Positions 36,950 through 50,959 of a stretch of 64,000 bases of DNA are shown here, piece by piece. The translations under genes were made by a program, and so were the position numbers. Position 1 is the first letter of the stretch, and each line of letters starts with the position of its first letter. The notes beneath the pieces were generated by a model. That model was not told where the DNA came from. It did not search any database and saw only the letters and a program-made list of their open reading frames with translations. The stretch is taken from NCBI RefSeq assembly GCF_009914755.1, contig NC_060931.1, one strand, 5' to 3'. This DNA comes from the human T2T-CHM13v2.0 reference genome, Homo sapiens.

Positions 36950-37249
36950 TTCTTCTTTTCTTTTTTTGAGACAGAGTTTCACTCTTTCGCCTAGGCTGGA
37001 GTGCAGTGGCACAATCTCAGCTCACTGCAACCTCTGCCCCCAGGTTCAAGTGAATTATCCTGCCTCAGCCTCCTGAGTAGCTGGGATTACAGGTACCCGC
37101 CCTCATACCCACTTAATTTTTGTATTTTTAGTAGAGACAGGGTTTCGCCATGTTGGCCAGGCTGGTCTTGAACTCCTGACCTCAGGTGATCCACCGGCCT
37201 TGGCCTCGCAAAATGCTAGGATTACAGTAATGAGCCACTGCACCTGGCC
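36950..37249 (-). mobile_element. AluS (Sx/Sq)
   Basis: Full dimer, cctcaggtgatccacc. Confidence 0.9.
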
Positions 37250-37334
37250 AGTCCTATCCTTCTATGTGATCCAAACCAGTGTCGATTTGCAGAAGTCATC
37301 TAACTGATCTATTTTCTTCTACCACTGATTGATT

Positions 37335-37765
37335 GTTTTCAACACAGTAACCAGATGAATTCTTTTAAAACTCAAGACTTACCATGCAACTTCTCTGTTT
37401 ACCCCATTTTAGAGTAAAAGACCTCATGTGATCTGGCCTCCTTTATCTCTTTCCGCTTCCCACCTTGTCCCTCCACTCTTGCCACAGGAACCTTTTCTCA
37501 CTGTTACCTTTCAGTTGACCACCATGCTTAAACTCGTGTTCAAGCTTCATATGTTCAGCCTCTCTTTCCTCCCTTTTTCCCTACAGCACTTACCACCATC
37601 TCATATATTGTATATTTACATATTCAACTTCAATCTTGCCCCTAGTGGAATGTAAACAATGTAAGCAATGGCAGGTATTTTTTTTACTTCCTATTTGTAT
37701 ATCCAACACCTAGAAGAGTGCTTGGCTTATCATAGATTTACAGTAAATAGTTTTGATCAAATATG
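37335..37765 (+). mobile_element. L2a 3' region
   Basis: gtgatctggcctcc; cagcacttaccaccatct; tatccaacacctagaagagtgcttggc. Confidence 0.7.
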
Positions 37766-38003
37766 AAGTTAAAATAGTAACTATGAATTAAAGGGAGAGC
37801 AGGAGACACAAACAGCAACACAACAGGTGAGAAACACTAACTCAGCTGAGAACGGAGTGGAACACTGGGCCAGCAGGGTAAACAGAGTTGCATAACTTTC
37901 ACTGTGTTATGGCAACAAGCATAAATTTCATCAGAAGAAACAACTTTTATTCCTGGACATTCTGAGAAAATATTATCATAAGAAATTTTGTATGAAGGGG
38001 GGT

Positions 38004-38432
38004 TGATATGGTTCGGATTTGAGTCTCCACCAAATCTCATGCTGAGTTGTAATACCCGGTGTTGGAGGTGGGGCCTGGTGGGAGGTGACTGAATCGCAGG
38101 GGCAGATTTCTCATGAATGGCTTAGCACCTTCTCCCTTGGTGCTGTTCTCATGATAGTGAGTGAGTTCTCTCAAGATCTGGTTGTTGAAAAGTGTGTAGC
38201 ACTCCTGCTGTCTCTCTCTTTTGCTCCTGCTCCCGCTATGTGAGATGCCTTGCTCTCCCTTTGCCTTCTGCCATGATTGTAAGTTTTCTGAGGCCTCCCT
38301 GGAAGCCAAGTAGATGTCAGCACCATGCTTCCTGTACAGCCTGTGGAACCATGAGCTGATTAAACCTCTTTTCTTTATAAATTAACCAGTCTCAGGTATT
38401 TCTTTAGAGCAATGTGAAAACAGACTAATACA
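38004..38432 (+). mobile_element. MSTA MaLR solo LTR
   Basis: tgatatggtt start, cagactaataca end; TSD ggggt/ggtgt. Confidence 0.92.
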
Positions 38433-38890
38433 GGTGTGGAATAGAGTAAATTTAATAAGTATATTCTTGATATCTGCTTTACAAAAAAGTAGATTTCCTC
38501 ATGTGATTATTATTGTTTTTTTAAAAATTAGCCTTGTTGAACCAAAGCAATGCTTCATGTCAGAATGTTGTAGGTAGTTAAATATAAAGTCTGGAGAATC
38601 TTAAAGAGTAAATATTTGTCTATAGTTCTGAATGATTCTCTCAAATATTAGCTGTCTCAGCCAAGCTTTGGAAAGTAGTCAGTTAGCAGGCTAGTAATGA
38701 CTGAGGTCTCCAGTGAGAGATGAAGTATAGATAATTCCTTGTTTGTAATTGAAAGGAGATCGTGTCCTCTAGGTATAAGTGTATGAGTGATCAGGACATT
38801 TTGCAGAAGAAAAGCCTTTTGTATTTTGCTTCAGTAGAGGGCCACTATAACTCTATGTGGAAATGACCTTCTTTGGGCAGGGCTAGGGAA

Positions 38891-39195
<305 letters not shown>

Positions 39196-39690
39196 AGGGC
39201 CAGGAATTTTTTACATAAAGCAATACTTAAGCTGAAAAAGATTCCACGTTGAGAGTTGATTGTCCCAATGTTCCATCTCATAAAGACTAAGCCAGAGGCA
39301 CAAGTTTGGGAGCCATTGGTATGGAGGGGGTGGATGTTGATTCTATGAAGTTTCATGATTATTAAGAAAGAGATATTTGATATAAAAAGAGGGCCAAAAT
39401 TAGATAGTTGCAGAATACATATATTTAAGGTGTAGGAGAAATGTGACACTTTGTTGATTTTTAGGTGCTCAGTTTCTTAAACTTCTTCCTGTGCTTGGAT
39501 AATCTACTTTTATATGGGGCAGAGGTTGGGACCAATGATGAGCAGTGTTAGAGGTAGTAGCTGCATCTAGGTCACAGAGACAGTAGTGGCCCTTGCTCTG
39601 TGGAATAACATCCAGAAAGCTGAATTGTTAGTGATGGCATTTTAAATTCTGGTGTCTGTACTCAGGGTCAGTGAGAGTGTGTCTTCATAG

Positions 39691-40434
39691 TGATATAGGA
39701 GGGGGGCAGGGAAATGCTGGATAAAGAAGGGTAGGTCACTGGCTAGGGCTCCACCCTCGGGCCTTTGCCCACAGACCTAGGTGAAGACAGGCATTTCTGT
39801 TTTCATGTCCAAATGTTGCATTTTCCAAGACTACTCTGGCCCACCATGCCCCCATGCTGTGCCTATAAAAACTCAAGACTCTAGCGGGCACAGACACGAG
39901 CAGCTGGATGTTGAGAGGAACACACTGGCAAAAGAACAAACAGGCGGCTGGACATCGAGAGGAGCAGAGGAGCAGAAGAGCACACCAACAGGCACCAGCT
40001 AATGCGGATGGGCCATTGACGTGGGGTGACGTGGAATTCGGCAGGGGTGGTCTGAGGAGAGTCTAGCCGCTGCGTGTCCCAGCTCCAAGGGTAGACAATC
40101 TTCCCACCCCATTCCCCTTCTGGCTTCCCCATTCACCTTGCTGAGAGCTACTGCCACTCAATAAAATCTTGCACTCATTCTCTAAGCCCACGTGTGATCC
40201 GATTTTTCTGGTACACTAAGGGAAGAACCTGGAATACAGAAAGCTCTTTGTCCTGGTGATAAGGCAGAGGGTCCAATTGAGCTGATTAACACAAGCCGCC
40301 TGCGGATGGCAAAACTGAAAGAGCGCACTCCAACACACGCCCACTGGGGCTCTGAGCTGAGGGGCACTGCAGAAGCAAGTCACACCCCCATCGCACGACC
40401 TGTGAGGGGGGATAAGGGAACTTTTCCCATTTCA
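39691..40434 (+). mobile_element. LTR1B-type ERV1 solo LTR (744 bp)
   Basis: TG...CA termini, exact 4-bp TSD atag, TATAAAA at 39864, AATAAA at 40160, ggctagggctccaccc and gacctaggtga.gacaggc motifs. Confidence 0.85.
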
Positions 40435-40544
40435 ATAGAGGTAGCTTTTCAGTTTGATTTTAGGTGTTGTTTCTGCTTCATAGCATCCAAATGGTATTTG
40501 GGTCCCTCTCACAAATTTTCTGAGTTGTCAATATTCCTTTTTTC

Positions 40545-41545
40545 TAACTATATATTGAGGTTTTATGTGTGTGTGTAGATACAGAGATGAAGAGAGAGAG
40601 AGGGTGATATGGTTTGGCTCTGTGTCCCCACCCAAATTTCATCTCAAATTGTAATCCCCATAATCCCCACGTGTCAAGTAAAGAACCTAGTGGGAGGTGT
40701 TTGGATCATAGGCACGGTTTCCCCAATGCTGTTCTCGTGATAGTGAGTGAGTTCTCACGAGATCCGATGGTTTTATAAGTGGTTCACACTCACTCCCTCC
40801 TGCCACCTTGTGAAGCAGGTGCCTGCTTCCCCTTCCGCCATGATTGTAAGTTTCTGAGGTGTCCCCAGCCATGTGGAACTGTGAGTCAATTAAACCTCCT
40901 TCCTTTATATATTACCCACTCTCGGGTATTTCTTTATAGCAGTGAGAAAATGGACTGATACAGAGAGCATGCCAAATCCCAAGTATACAACTTGATTATT
41001 TTTCATGAAGTGAATTAGCCATGTAACCACCACCAGATCAAGATATACCTTTACTAGCACTCCAGAGGCCTCCTTCATACTCTTCCCAGTCATTACAAAG
41101 GGAACCATTATTCTAGTTCCATAAATGTGTTTTGAACTCTACATAAGTAGAATCATTCAGTATGCATTTGTGTGTGTGTTTAGCTTCTTTTGCTCAACAT
41201 TTTGATTATAAGATTCATCTAGGTTATCATGTGAAACAAGTTTTATTTTTGTAACTATAGTATTCTACCATATCAAGATACTGAAATTTGCTTATCTAGT
41301 CTATTGTTGATAGACATTTGGGTTGGGGCCATTTCAGGTAATGAATATTGTTTATAGAGTCATTTATGTATCTTTTGATGTACAATTTTTTGTGTTCTTT
41401 TTGGGTATATATATCTAGGAGTTGAATTTTTCTGTTTTAGAACATTTTTCTAATGGGATTTTATCAGTTAATACTTCCACCAGCACTGCAGGAGAGTTGC
41501 CCTTGTTCTGTATCTGCACCAATGAATGGAATTATCTCCAATAAT
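40545..41545 (-). mobile_element. L1MD/L1ME 3' region, interrupted by THE1
   Basis: ccatgtaaccaccaccagatcaagata; ctattgttgatagacatttggg. Confidence 0.7.
40605..40962 (+). mobile_element. THE1D-type MaLR solo LTR
   Basis: tgatatggtttggctctgtgtccccacccaaat start; gaactgtgagtcaattaaacc; ggactgataca end; TSD gaggg/gagag. Confidence 0.9.
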
Positions 41546-41639
41546 AATTTTTTAATAAATTGTTTCTCTTTAAATCTGCCAAAATTTCTTTATGTGTTGG
41601 TTGGTTGGTTGGTGGCAACTAAGAACCATGTTTTATACT

Positions 41640-42159
41640 TGTATTAGTCTGGTTCTCCAGGGAAACAGAACCAACACACATATACAATATGCCTTATGTA
41701 TATATAATTAATATTACAGATAATTATATATAATTTATATATATTTATGTAAATTAATATTTTATATATAATTTCTTTGTATAAATGTAAATATACAAAT
41801 ATTTATACAGACATTTATGATAAGGAGTTGAAGCATGCATTATGGAGGCAAAATTCCAACATCTGTATTCAGCCAGATGAATAGCGGAGAGCCGATGGGG
41901 TAAGTTCCATTTTGAGTTTAATCTTGAAGAAGTAGAACTCTGTCCCAGCTAGAGGCCTGTCAGGCAGAGAGAACAAATCCTCCCTTACTCAGTTTTTTCA
42001 TTCCATTCAGGCCTTCAAAGGATTGTATGAGGCCCACCCGTATTGGGGAAGGCAATCTGCTTTACTCAGTCTGCAAATTCAAATGTTAATCTCATCCAGA
42101 AACATGCAAAATAATGCTTAACTTCCCAGTCAAGTTGATCCATAAAATTAGCCATCACA
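41640..42159 (-). mobile_element. MLT2-family ERVL solo LTR, with an internal AT-rich tract (41695-41810)
   Basis: tgtattagtctggttctccag start; gtcaagttga..cataaaattagccatcaca end; TSD atact/atgct. Confidence 0.85.
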
Positions 42160-42561
42160 ATGCTAAAGGTAAGACATAAATGTACAGGATCAGGGAAACG
42201 TGATAGAAATGTACAAAACTGTAAAATGTAAAAGCTTTTGGAGTAACACTTTACAATTTTCTTTGAAATCCATTTGTTGCCTAGAGGTGGGACCCTGAGT
42301 GTGAAGTTTAACCTTAGCTAAGCCCTTACATTGACAATACACAGATTGATAATTAAAGTGTACTTTTCTTTTCAAACATGTTTTTTTTCAGTACTTTAAT
42401 ATCTCAGGTAATATTAAAAACTTGTTTAGTTTTCCCAAATAGCCATAACTCCACGAACTCATTTCTTTTTCTCATGCTTTGTATTTGAGGAGAAGGCAAA
42501 CTTCTCCTGCTGGAGTTATTTTCTTTAGGATTTTTATTAGTATGTCTTCTTCAATGTCATC

Positions 42562-43044
42562 AGCACTTTGCTTCTCATTGCTGCTATAGCAAATTACCAC
42601 ACATTTAGTGACTTAGACAACATACATTTATTATCTCACAGTTCTGGAGGTCAGAAATATGACACAGGTCTCAGTGGGCTAAAATCAAGGTATCAGCTGG
42701 GTTGGGTTCCTTCTGTATGTTCTGGGAGATAATCTGTTTCCTTGCCTTTTCCAGCTTCTAGCAACTGCCTGCATTCCTTGGCTCATGGCTCCCATCCAAC
42801 TTCAAAGCCAGCAGTGTAGCATCTTTAAATGTCTAACTCTGACTTCCCTGTCCCTCTCTTCCACTTAGAAAGAACCTTGTAACTATATTTGTCCCCCACC
42901 CCCAGGAAAATCCAGGATAATCTTCCCATGTTGAGGTCAGCAACCTTAATTTCATTTGCAACCTTAATTCCATTTTGCTATGTAACCTAATATACTCAGA
43001 GTTAGACATGCATTCTTTGGGTGTTTATTATTCTGTCTACCACA
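42562..43044 (-). mobile_element. MLT1D MaLR solo LTR
   Basis: gggctaaaatcaaggtatcagc, ccttgccttttccagcttctag, attattctgtctaccaca end. Confidence 0.85.
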
Positions 43045-43116
43045 CCCAGAAGGGAGAGGAAACCAGTGTCAGGAGTGAATTTTATCTGCCTTCCATAAAA
43101 ATATGGTGACCTTTCT

Positions 43117-43757
43117 TTTTTTAACTTTTAAGTTCAGGGGTACATGTGCAGGTTTGTTACGTAGGTAAACTTGTGTCATGGGGGGTTGTTGTACAGATTA
43201 TGTAGTCATCCAGGCATTAAGCCTAGTACCCATTAGTTAATTTTTTCTAATCCTCTCCCTGCTCCCATCCTCTGCCCTCTGATAGGCCCCAGTGTATATT
43301 GTTTCTCTCTTTGTGTCCATGTGTTCTCATCATTTAGCTCCCACTTATAAGTGAGAATATGTGGTATTTGGTTTTCTGTTCCTGTGGTAGTTTGCTAAGG
43401 ATAATGGCTTCCAGATCCAACTATGTTCCTGCAAAGGACATAATCTAGCTCATTTTTTATGGCTGCATAGTATTCCATGGTGTATCTGTACCACATTTTC
43501 TTTATCCAGTCTATCATTGATGGACAGTTAGGTTGATTCCATGTCTTTGCTATTGTGAATAGTGCTGCAATGAACATAAGTGTGCATGTGCCTTTATAAC
43601 ACAATGGTTTATATTTCTTTGGGTATATACCCAGTAATGAAATGGCTGGGTTGAATGGTATTTCTGTCTTTAGGTCTTTGAGGAATTGCTATATAGTCTT
43701 CCACAATGGTTGAACTACATTACACTCCTATTAACAGTGTATAAGTGTTCCTTTTTC
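43117..43757 (-). mobile_element. L1PA13-like 5'-truncated L1
   Basis: gtaaacttgtgtcatgggg...aagcctagtacccattagtta; ORF 43395-43604(-) is the ORF2p C-terminus; TSD about tatggtgacctttct. Confidence 0.88.
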
Positions 43758-44829
43758 TATAGTGGCCCTTTCTGTGTCAGTTTTCTTAAGGGCATTCCCT
43801 TAAATAACTGCAAAAGAAGGGATAATGCCAGCAAATGATACATTCATGTTTTTGAAGCTTTTTTTTCCCACAGGCCAATTTTTTTTTTGTGTGTGTGAAG
43901 TTCCATACAAATAGCCACAAAAGTAACATTTATCTGCTGTAGTCACTAAAATCTACATATACTCCTGAGAAAGGTTTCAAACTATGGATTTTCACAATAC
44001 TTTGTAATTACCTTCTGCTTTATGTATCCCTTACCATTCCTTAGTTTACTCATAGATAATTATGCTGCTACCTATTAAAGGGAAAAATAAACATTGAAAA
44101 TCCCGGGAAAGCACGAAGCAGGCTATTCACACAGATCTCTAATAAACCTTGTTTAGCTTTCAGCTTTAAATGGGATGTATGCCGACATTGACCTTAATAT
44201 TCAATGCTTGGTAAATACTTTGAAAGCAAGGTTTATTGTGAATTCTGAATTCTTTGTTAAGTAGTGGTAATTTTCATATTTAATTTCTTAGCAGCCAAAG
44301 ACTTTCTACCAAATCAAAGTGAAATTAGTACCATGTTTGATATAAACTGTAGAATTCTGTTTAATTAGAAAATCCAATTTCTCTCTGTACTCATTTATAC
44401 TATTAACTTTACTTTTGCCTCAGGTTTTTCAGAGATAGAATGAGGTTTACCTTATATAGCCTATCTATTTTCAGTTCTTATTCTTAAAATTTACGTTTAG
44501 AATAAGCAATGACATCTGTTATAGAGATTGAATTATTAATATTTGTGCATATTACGGCTCTGTATTGACTGTGTGTAGTTCTTTCTAAGCTTGATCTCAA
44601 GCATAGCAGAGTAATTTTAGCATATTGGAAAAAATTCAACATATAAGTACCACAAATTTGATATACTTATTTATAAAATTGTATTGATGAGAATAAGACA
44701 TATTTTAAAAATATGAGTCAGATCTGAACTGTTTAGTTAAAAATGATTTGGCTTATGGAAAGTATACTTGGCCCTCAAACTTTACCTTTCTCACATATAC
44801 TTATGTCATTATTTCTCTAATCCTTATTT

Positions 44830-46230
44830 CTACTTCTGTCTATATTTTCAGAGAGGTTATTATTGTACATACTCTCTCATTTAACCATATCTAGTTTTGG
44901 ATCATTTTTCACATAATGTTATGTTGTGAACTTTTTTCTATGCCACTAGAAAAAGATTAAAAATATAACTTTTAATGTTTGAATATCAACCATTGCCTTA
45001 TTGTTGTTGTTATGTTGTTTTCAATTTTTGCTATTATAAATAATGCTGAAAAGACATTTAAAATTTTGAATTTACACCTGAAGTCAGACCTGAAAATTTA
45101 TCATAAATTTTGATACAATAGCTCTATTATTATCATTTTTCAAATAGTCTCTCATTATAGTTTTGCTGTCAACAAATAGTTATGTAGGAGTGTACTTGAG
45201 TGTTTTCACTTATCAAGATATTATTTTCTCCATTAAATATTAAAATTTTCTTCAAGTTTTAGTGGATTATGGTCAGAAAATGTGAACTGTGCAGTTTCTG
45301 CTTTTTGGAATTGATTGGGGGCTTTCTTTGAAGCTATATGTGTCTAGTCATCAAAGTCAAGAACAAAATGGAATCTTTGAAGTCCTCTGAAAGTAAGATG
45401 AAGAATTTTACAAAACTTCAGAAACCTCATCTGAAACTCCCCTCTCTTTCCCTGCCATTTCTAGCTGATAAAAATCTAAAGGTTTAAATATAACATAATT
45501 ATTATTTTTTTCATTATGTTTATTTTAAGAAGTTTTAAATTTCCATGTAATGAAAATTCCTGGATTATCAGAAGATTTTAATTTATATTTTAATTCAAGA
45601 ACTTCCAGGAATATTTGGGTATAGAATACCTTTCTTTCATTTTGTTTAGATTTGGTTCACACATTTATTTGTATGTTCATTTTTTTTCAAATCAAGAAAG
45701 TTTTCCATTATATTTTTAATATTGCTTCTATTTGTTTTGCTTATTTTAGAAATAGTGAATCATATAATTTCCTATAATTATTATGTTGGAGTTTTATTTT
45801 TTATTCTCATCTTATTCTCAGTATTTGCATAACTTTAATGTTTCCTTTCTTCTATATTTTTGGTGAAGTTTCTTGAGATTGCCCTGTACATTACAGCTCC
45901 AGGTTTTTGCAGTGTCTAATTCCATTTATTTCTCCCAGTGGAGATATTGATCCTGTGTTGTATTTTTAGTTTTCTTTTAACTCTTTCTTATTTTACTCAG
46001 CTCTCTTTCAATTTCATCTAGGGTACTACCTTCTTACGGCTTTTTACGGCTTTCTGCTTCCTTGTTATAGTGTTTCTTCTTGTGTTATAGTGGGGATGTC
46101 AAACTGTTTTCCAAGATTCATTTCTGTTCTTATTGTTGCTTTATTCTTGAAACCTTGGAGTCCCTTGATAGCACTCTCTCCTGCTTCTCATTCCAAATTT
46201 CTGACAAGTTCATCTCTTTCCCTTTCTGGC
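44830..46230 (-). mobile_element. Highly decayed L1M fragments
   Basis: caatttttgctattataaataatgctg; tatggtcagaaaatgtg...tttctgctttttggaatt; T-rich. Confidence 0.45.
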
Positions 46231-47099
46231 TTATTTATCCAGTGGTGAGCACCTACCATGTGCTGACATTATGACAGGTGCTTGAAATAAAATGGTTAAC
46301 AAAAACTCTGCTCTTATGGGACTTTTAGCCTACTGAGGACAGGACATTATTCAAAGAAAATCTCAACAAGTGTAAATTTGCATCAATAATAATGTTTATT
46401 ATTATTTAAAGGAAAAGTATGCAGGGTCTGTAATAGCTTATAAGAGGAGTTGACTTGCTACTCTACTTGATTCTAAATAGTGATGTTTCTGGGATCCTTA
46501 TTCTTGCCCCACTTGTACATTCTTCTTGAAGCATGTTTTTCATAACTTTCATATTTCCAATCTGCATGGGGGTGAGTCACATTTAGGGCCCAGAGGGTAA
46601 AGTCCATCCCTGAGCTCAGTGTGTTTCCTGAACTCGAACGAATATACTTTCTGCTTTATAGGCACTGACTCTGTATGTCTCAGAGACACAAAATTCAATA
46701 TGGTCTTGTTTGTTCTTTATTCTACAAAACAGTTTCCCTTGTTAAAGTCCATGTTCTGTTAGGATTACTATCACCCACCCAGTGTCCAAACCATAAATCT
46801 GGCACTATCTCTAATTCTTGGGTCTTTCTCACCCCCTCTAACCCATTGGCCTCTTTATTTATTATTTAGAGTCATATTGCATGCAATAAAAGCCAATCAT
46901 GATCTAGTTTCTGCCCACTTATGTAGCCTCTTCTTTCATTATTTCTCTACTTTTGCTCTAGAAGTTATCGTAGCCATTCTGACCTGTTTCAGTTCCCCCG
47001 ATTTTATTTTTTTCCCAAATATCTTTCCCTAAGTTTTCTTCTCCTATAGCGTATGTGTTATCTGAAATATCATTGATAGGTGGATGCTGAAGAATGCCA

Positions 47100-47480
47100 T
47101 ATGATCTAATTTATATAAGTGGAGTCTAAAATTTGAACTCATAGAAGTAGAGTGTAGAATGGTGGTTACCAGAGGCTGGGGGAGGGGAGAGATAGGTAAA
47201 AGTGAGATGATCAAAGAATAGAAAGTTTCAGTTAGGGGGAATAAGTTTTAGTGATCTATCCACAGAATGGTGACTCTAGCAAATATAATAATGCATTGTA
47301 TATTTCAAAATTGCTAAAAGAAGATTTTAAATGTTTTCACCACAAACATAATAAATATATGAGGTGGTAGATTTGTTAATTTTCCTGATTTAATCATTCT
47401 ACAAGGTAAACTTATATCAAAACATCTCATTGTATCCCATAAATATATATAGTTATTACTTGTCAATTAAAACTTTAATT
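47100..47480 (+). mobile_element. L1MA (7/8-type) 3' end, inserted in a MIR (about 47075-47700)
   Basis: gaactcatagaagtagag...ggttaccagaggctggg...ttgtcaattaaa; TSD gaatgcca. Confidence 0.88.
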
Positions 47481-47719
47481 AAGAAAAGGAATGCCAACTC
47501 TGGAGCTTAGAAAACTCTGACTTCAAGTCTCGGCTCCCTGATTTACTAGCAACAGGCCCCTAGACCTGTTAATTAATCATGCTGCTCCTCAATTTTGAAT
47601 TTTTAAGGTTGGGATGGTAAAAATGCCTACTATGTAAAGTTTTAGAGGATTAAATGAGATAAGCAAAAGGATACAATACCTTTCAACAACCGTTGCTGGT
47701 GCTGTTATTGCTACTATTA

Positions 47720-48005
47720 TTTAGAACTTGATTAAAGTGTTTCTGTCTCTATAAATTCTTTTCTGGTATTTTCTGGGGGAATTGATAAGTTTAACCTTGT
47801 ACATTCCCTATGCTATGGGGGTATTTATCTGCACAATACTCTATTGCATTTGTTTGCTTACATACCATTCTATCTTTTTAACTATCCTGAGATCACCTTG
47901 AAGACAGGGGATATGTTTTTTAAACTTGTGTATATTCTAAGTGACGAACACGCTACATATTGTGCTTAGAACCCAGTTAGAATTTAATAAATATTTGTTG
48001 GAAAA
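47720..48005 (+). mobile_element. L2 3' end
   Basis: cttgaagacagggga...aataaatatttgttg. Confidence 0.55.
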
Positions 48006-48833
48006 AAAAGCAGCACTAAAAACACTATGAATATTCTGAAATGAGTACATATTTGGTCCTGTTTCCTGGCAATCTCTAATTTAGCAGGAAAATGGCCTGA
48101 GGAATTTGATATTTTGAGCATTCAGACTCAGGAAGTCCAAAAATCCTCTACTCCAGGTTTGCAGGCAGTTCTCCAGAATTTCCAGGTACTGTCCTTGAAG
48201 GATGTGTGGGGTGTGTTGTTTATTGAAGGTGTCATTAAAAATAACATTGATTGCTTTGAATAATGTAGAGTTATATTGCTACATAGAACTGATAATATAG
48301 TTTTAATCTACCTGAAATAAATAAATATATTCTTTATAGAAATGACAAGGTATATGTTTTGTTTTTTTTTTTACACCACTATCTTCTCTGATAATCAATG
48401 ACAGGTGAATTCTGTCTTTGGTGATTAGCACTTATCCTTGGAAGCTTATGGAACATAAATTAAAGTTTCTTTTTTGGTGTGTGTTCAACATGATCATCAA
48501 TTTGATGTAGTGATTTTTGACATACCCATCAAACTTGGATATGATATAAAACTGAGAATAGATGATATGTCAAAATCGAAAAAGAACATGAGCTTGACAG
48601 GATCAAATGTAACATTTTAATATTTACTAGAATAACATGAAATTTTAACTAGGTACACAAAACAAATTATAGAAATATGCATAGAGCCCTAACTTAAACC
48701 TTAAATGCAATATTTATCTACCTGTCAATCTATCAATCATCTACTTAACATTTTTCTATTTATCTATGAACCTTGGTTCATTGGAAACTAAATATTTATT
48801 GAGGGAATAATGACCTTGAAAATGACCAAGGTT

Positions 48834-49372
48834 GTTTTGAGGATCTAATGTACAGCATGGTAACTATAGATAATACTAATGTATCATTCCCTTGAAATTT
48901 CATAAGAAAGCATATGTTAAGTGTTTTTACTGCACACGCATGCACACACACACAATTGGTAACTGTGGGTAGTGATAGATATGTTAATAAATTTGACTGT
49001 GGCAATCAGTACACAATGTATAAATATATCAAATAATCCCACTGTACATCTTGAACATCATATTAGTTCGTTTTCACACTGCTATAAAGAAATACCTGAG
49101 ACTGGATAATTCGTAAACAAAAGAGGTTTAATTGACTCACATTTTCCCATGGCTAGGTAGACCTCAGGAAACTTACAACCATCCAAACACTTATAAAACC
49201 ATCAGTTCTCATGAGAACTCACTCACTGTCATGAGAACAGCATGGGGGAACCGCCCTCATAATCTGATTACTCTCCTTCCTCAACACATGGGGATTACAA
49301 TTTGAGATGAGATTTGGGACACAGAGCCAAACCATATCAAATATATACAATTATTTGTTAATTTCATATATT
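48834..49372 (+). mobile_element. L1MA9-type 3' end, split by THE1
   Basis: ggatctaatgtacagcatggtaactatag...gactgtggcaatcagtacacaatgta, resuming as aatatatacaatt. Confidence 0.8.
49059..49339 (-). mobile_element. THE1/MST-type LTR with a ~100-bp internal deletion
   Basis: tattagttcgttttcacactgctataaaga...cacagagccaaaccatatca; TSD aacat/aatat; only 281 bp long. Confidence 0.88.
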
Positions 49373-50409
49373 TTTAAATGATCTGGATGAAAATGAAAAT
49401 GTTTCCCTGTTTTGGCAAGTGGTGGTGTGTGTAGCAGTTCACACTAGGGTCATGAGGGATGGGTGTGGCAGAGCAAAGCTGGATGATCTGGGGAATGAAG
49501 AAAAATAACAGATTTTTGAATAAGTTGTTTTTACATCCTACCTGTGATAAGAAGGCTTGTCTGTGCCGGCGTTGGGTAAGAGAATGGGTAGCTAAATGGG
49601 AGATAGATTGGTAGTCATGCATTCTCTCATCATCTAAGAGTTTATTATTTGCCCATATGGCTAGAGACTAGAACACATAGCAGAACATGTTTGCTGCCAT
49701 AGAGGGCTTTGTGGTGATATAAACCCATTACAACAGATAGAAACATGAAAGAAGCAGTTGGACCATGCATTTGATAGGAATAACTGAATCAACATAACTA
49801 CTAATGTAACTAATGATTTGATATTCATGCAAAAAAACGAATCAAAACTTTTAAGCCCTGAAATATAATTTTGCTATCAGTTTACTATGTGACTTAGTCT
49901 TCTGGGTCTTGTAGATGAGGATTAATTTTTATACCCTATTTCTAGAACATTCAGTTACTTTATTAAAAATTTAAGTCTGTCAGACCGTTGATTGCCAATG
50001 AGTTCTTTGCCCAAATAGCTGATTTAATTTAGAACTGACCACCCAAATGACTCCATAGGATTGATTTGATCTGTGTTATTAAGCCTGGGTCAGTTAAGCT
50101 ATTTTAGGCATGAACAGTACGAATTGTACAACCACTCACAATCCAGATAACTGTTACATTCACGTGAAAATCATCATTATATATTATCATAATTTTACCT
50201 GGCCTCCCTAATATTCAATGTCAAAACTTAAGAAGAACAGGGTGTTTTGAAAGAACATATTGAAAAACTAAGATAATACAATGAAGTAATAGGTAAGAAG
50301 TATGATAGTCTATTTATACAACAGAATAAAGAAGAGGTTACAAATTAAATGTGCAGGTAGAATATCGGTATTTTGAGGACAGTATGAAATATGAAAAAAT
50401 CTTGTTTTG

Positions 50410-50700
50410 TTATTCAACAAATATTTATTAAGTACCTGGTATGGTGACTAAGAAAGAATTTATAATCTAGTGGAAATGTGCAAAGATCACTAAGCAATTG
50501 CAATTGGTTGACAAATAGAAGTCTAAGCACAGAGAATAGTGACCTAATTCAGACATGGGGACAAGGACAGGTGTCCTAGAGGACACAGTGTATAAAATGA
50601 GAAGGTACTAACTACAGAAGGCTGTGGGAGAGATGGGAAAAAAGAATGCTATCAAGAGAGGGTACAGCATGTGCAAAGGCTCAGAGGTGAAGGAATTCCC
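50410..50700 (-). mobile_element. L2 3' end
   Basis: attcaacaaatatttattaagtacct...acagcatgtgcaaaggctcagagg. Confidence 0.7.
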
Positions 50701-50959
50701 AATTTGAGACATTCAGTGTTTAGAACTTAGGTATGTAAAATTGATAGTTTGTGTATTAAATCATAAAGCCATCTGGAACCTGTTAGCTTAGCCCAATTAA
50801 ACACAATGCTCCAGAGGCCATGGTGTTATCTATCTGGGCTATTTTGTTTTCCTTTATAACTTGAGGTGGCCTAAATTGTGTCAATTGCAAACAACCACCC
50901 AGCAGTGAGGTGCAAAGGATTACTCAGAAGACAGTGTAAGTGGCTTAGTTTTAAAAATG

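Noticed and set aside
42940-42978. gcaaccttaatt direct repeat
   Set aside because: As I recall, it is intrinsic to the MLT1D consensus.
49260-49270. DUX4 site in the MaLR LTRs
   Set aside because: TAATCTGATTA has two mismatches to TAAYYYAATCA, and the equivalent sites in the MSTA and THE1D copies are also mutated.
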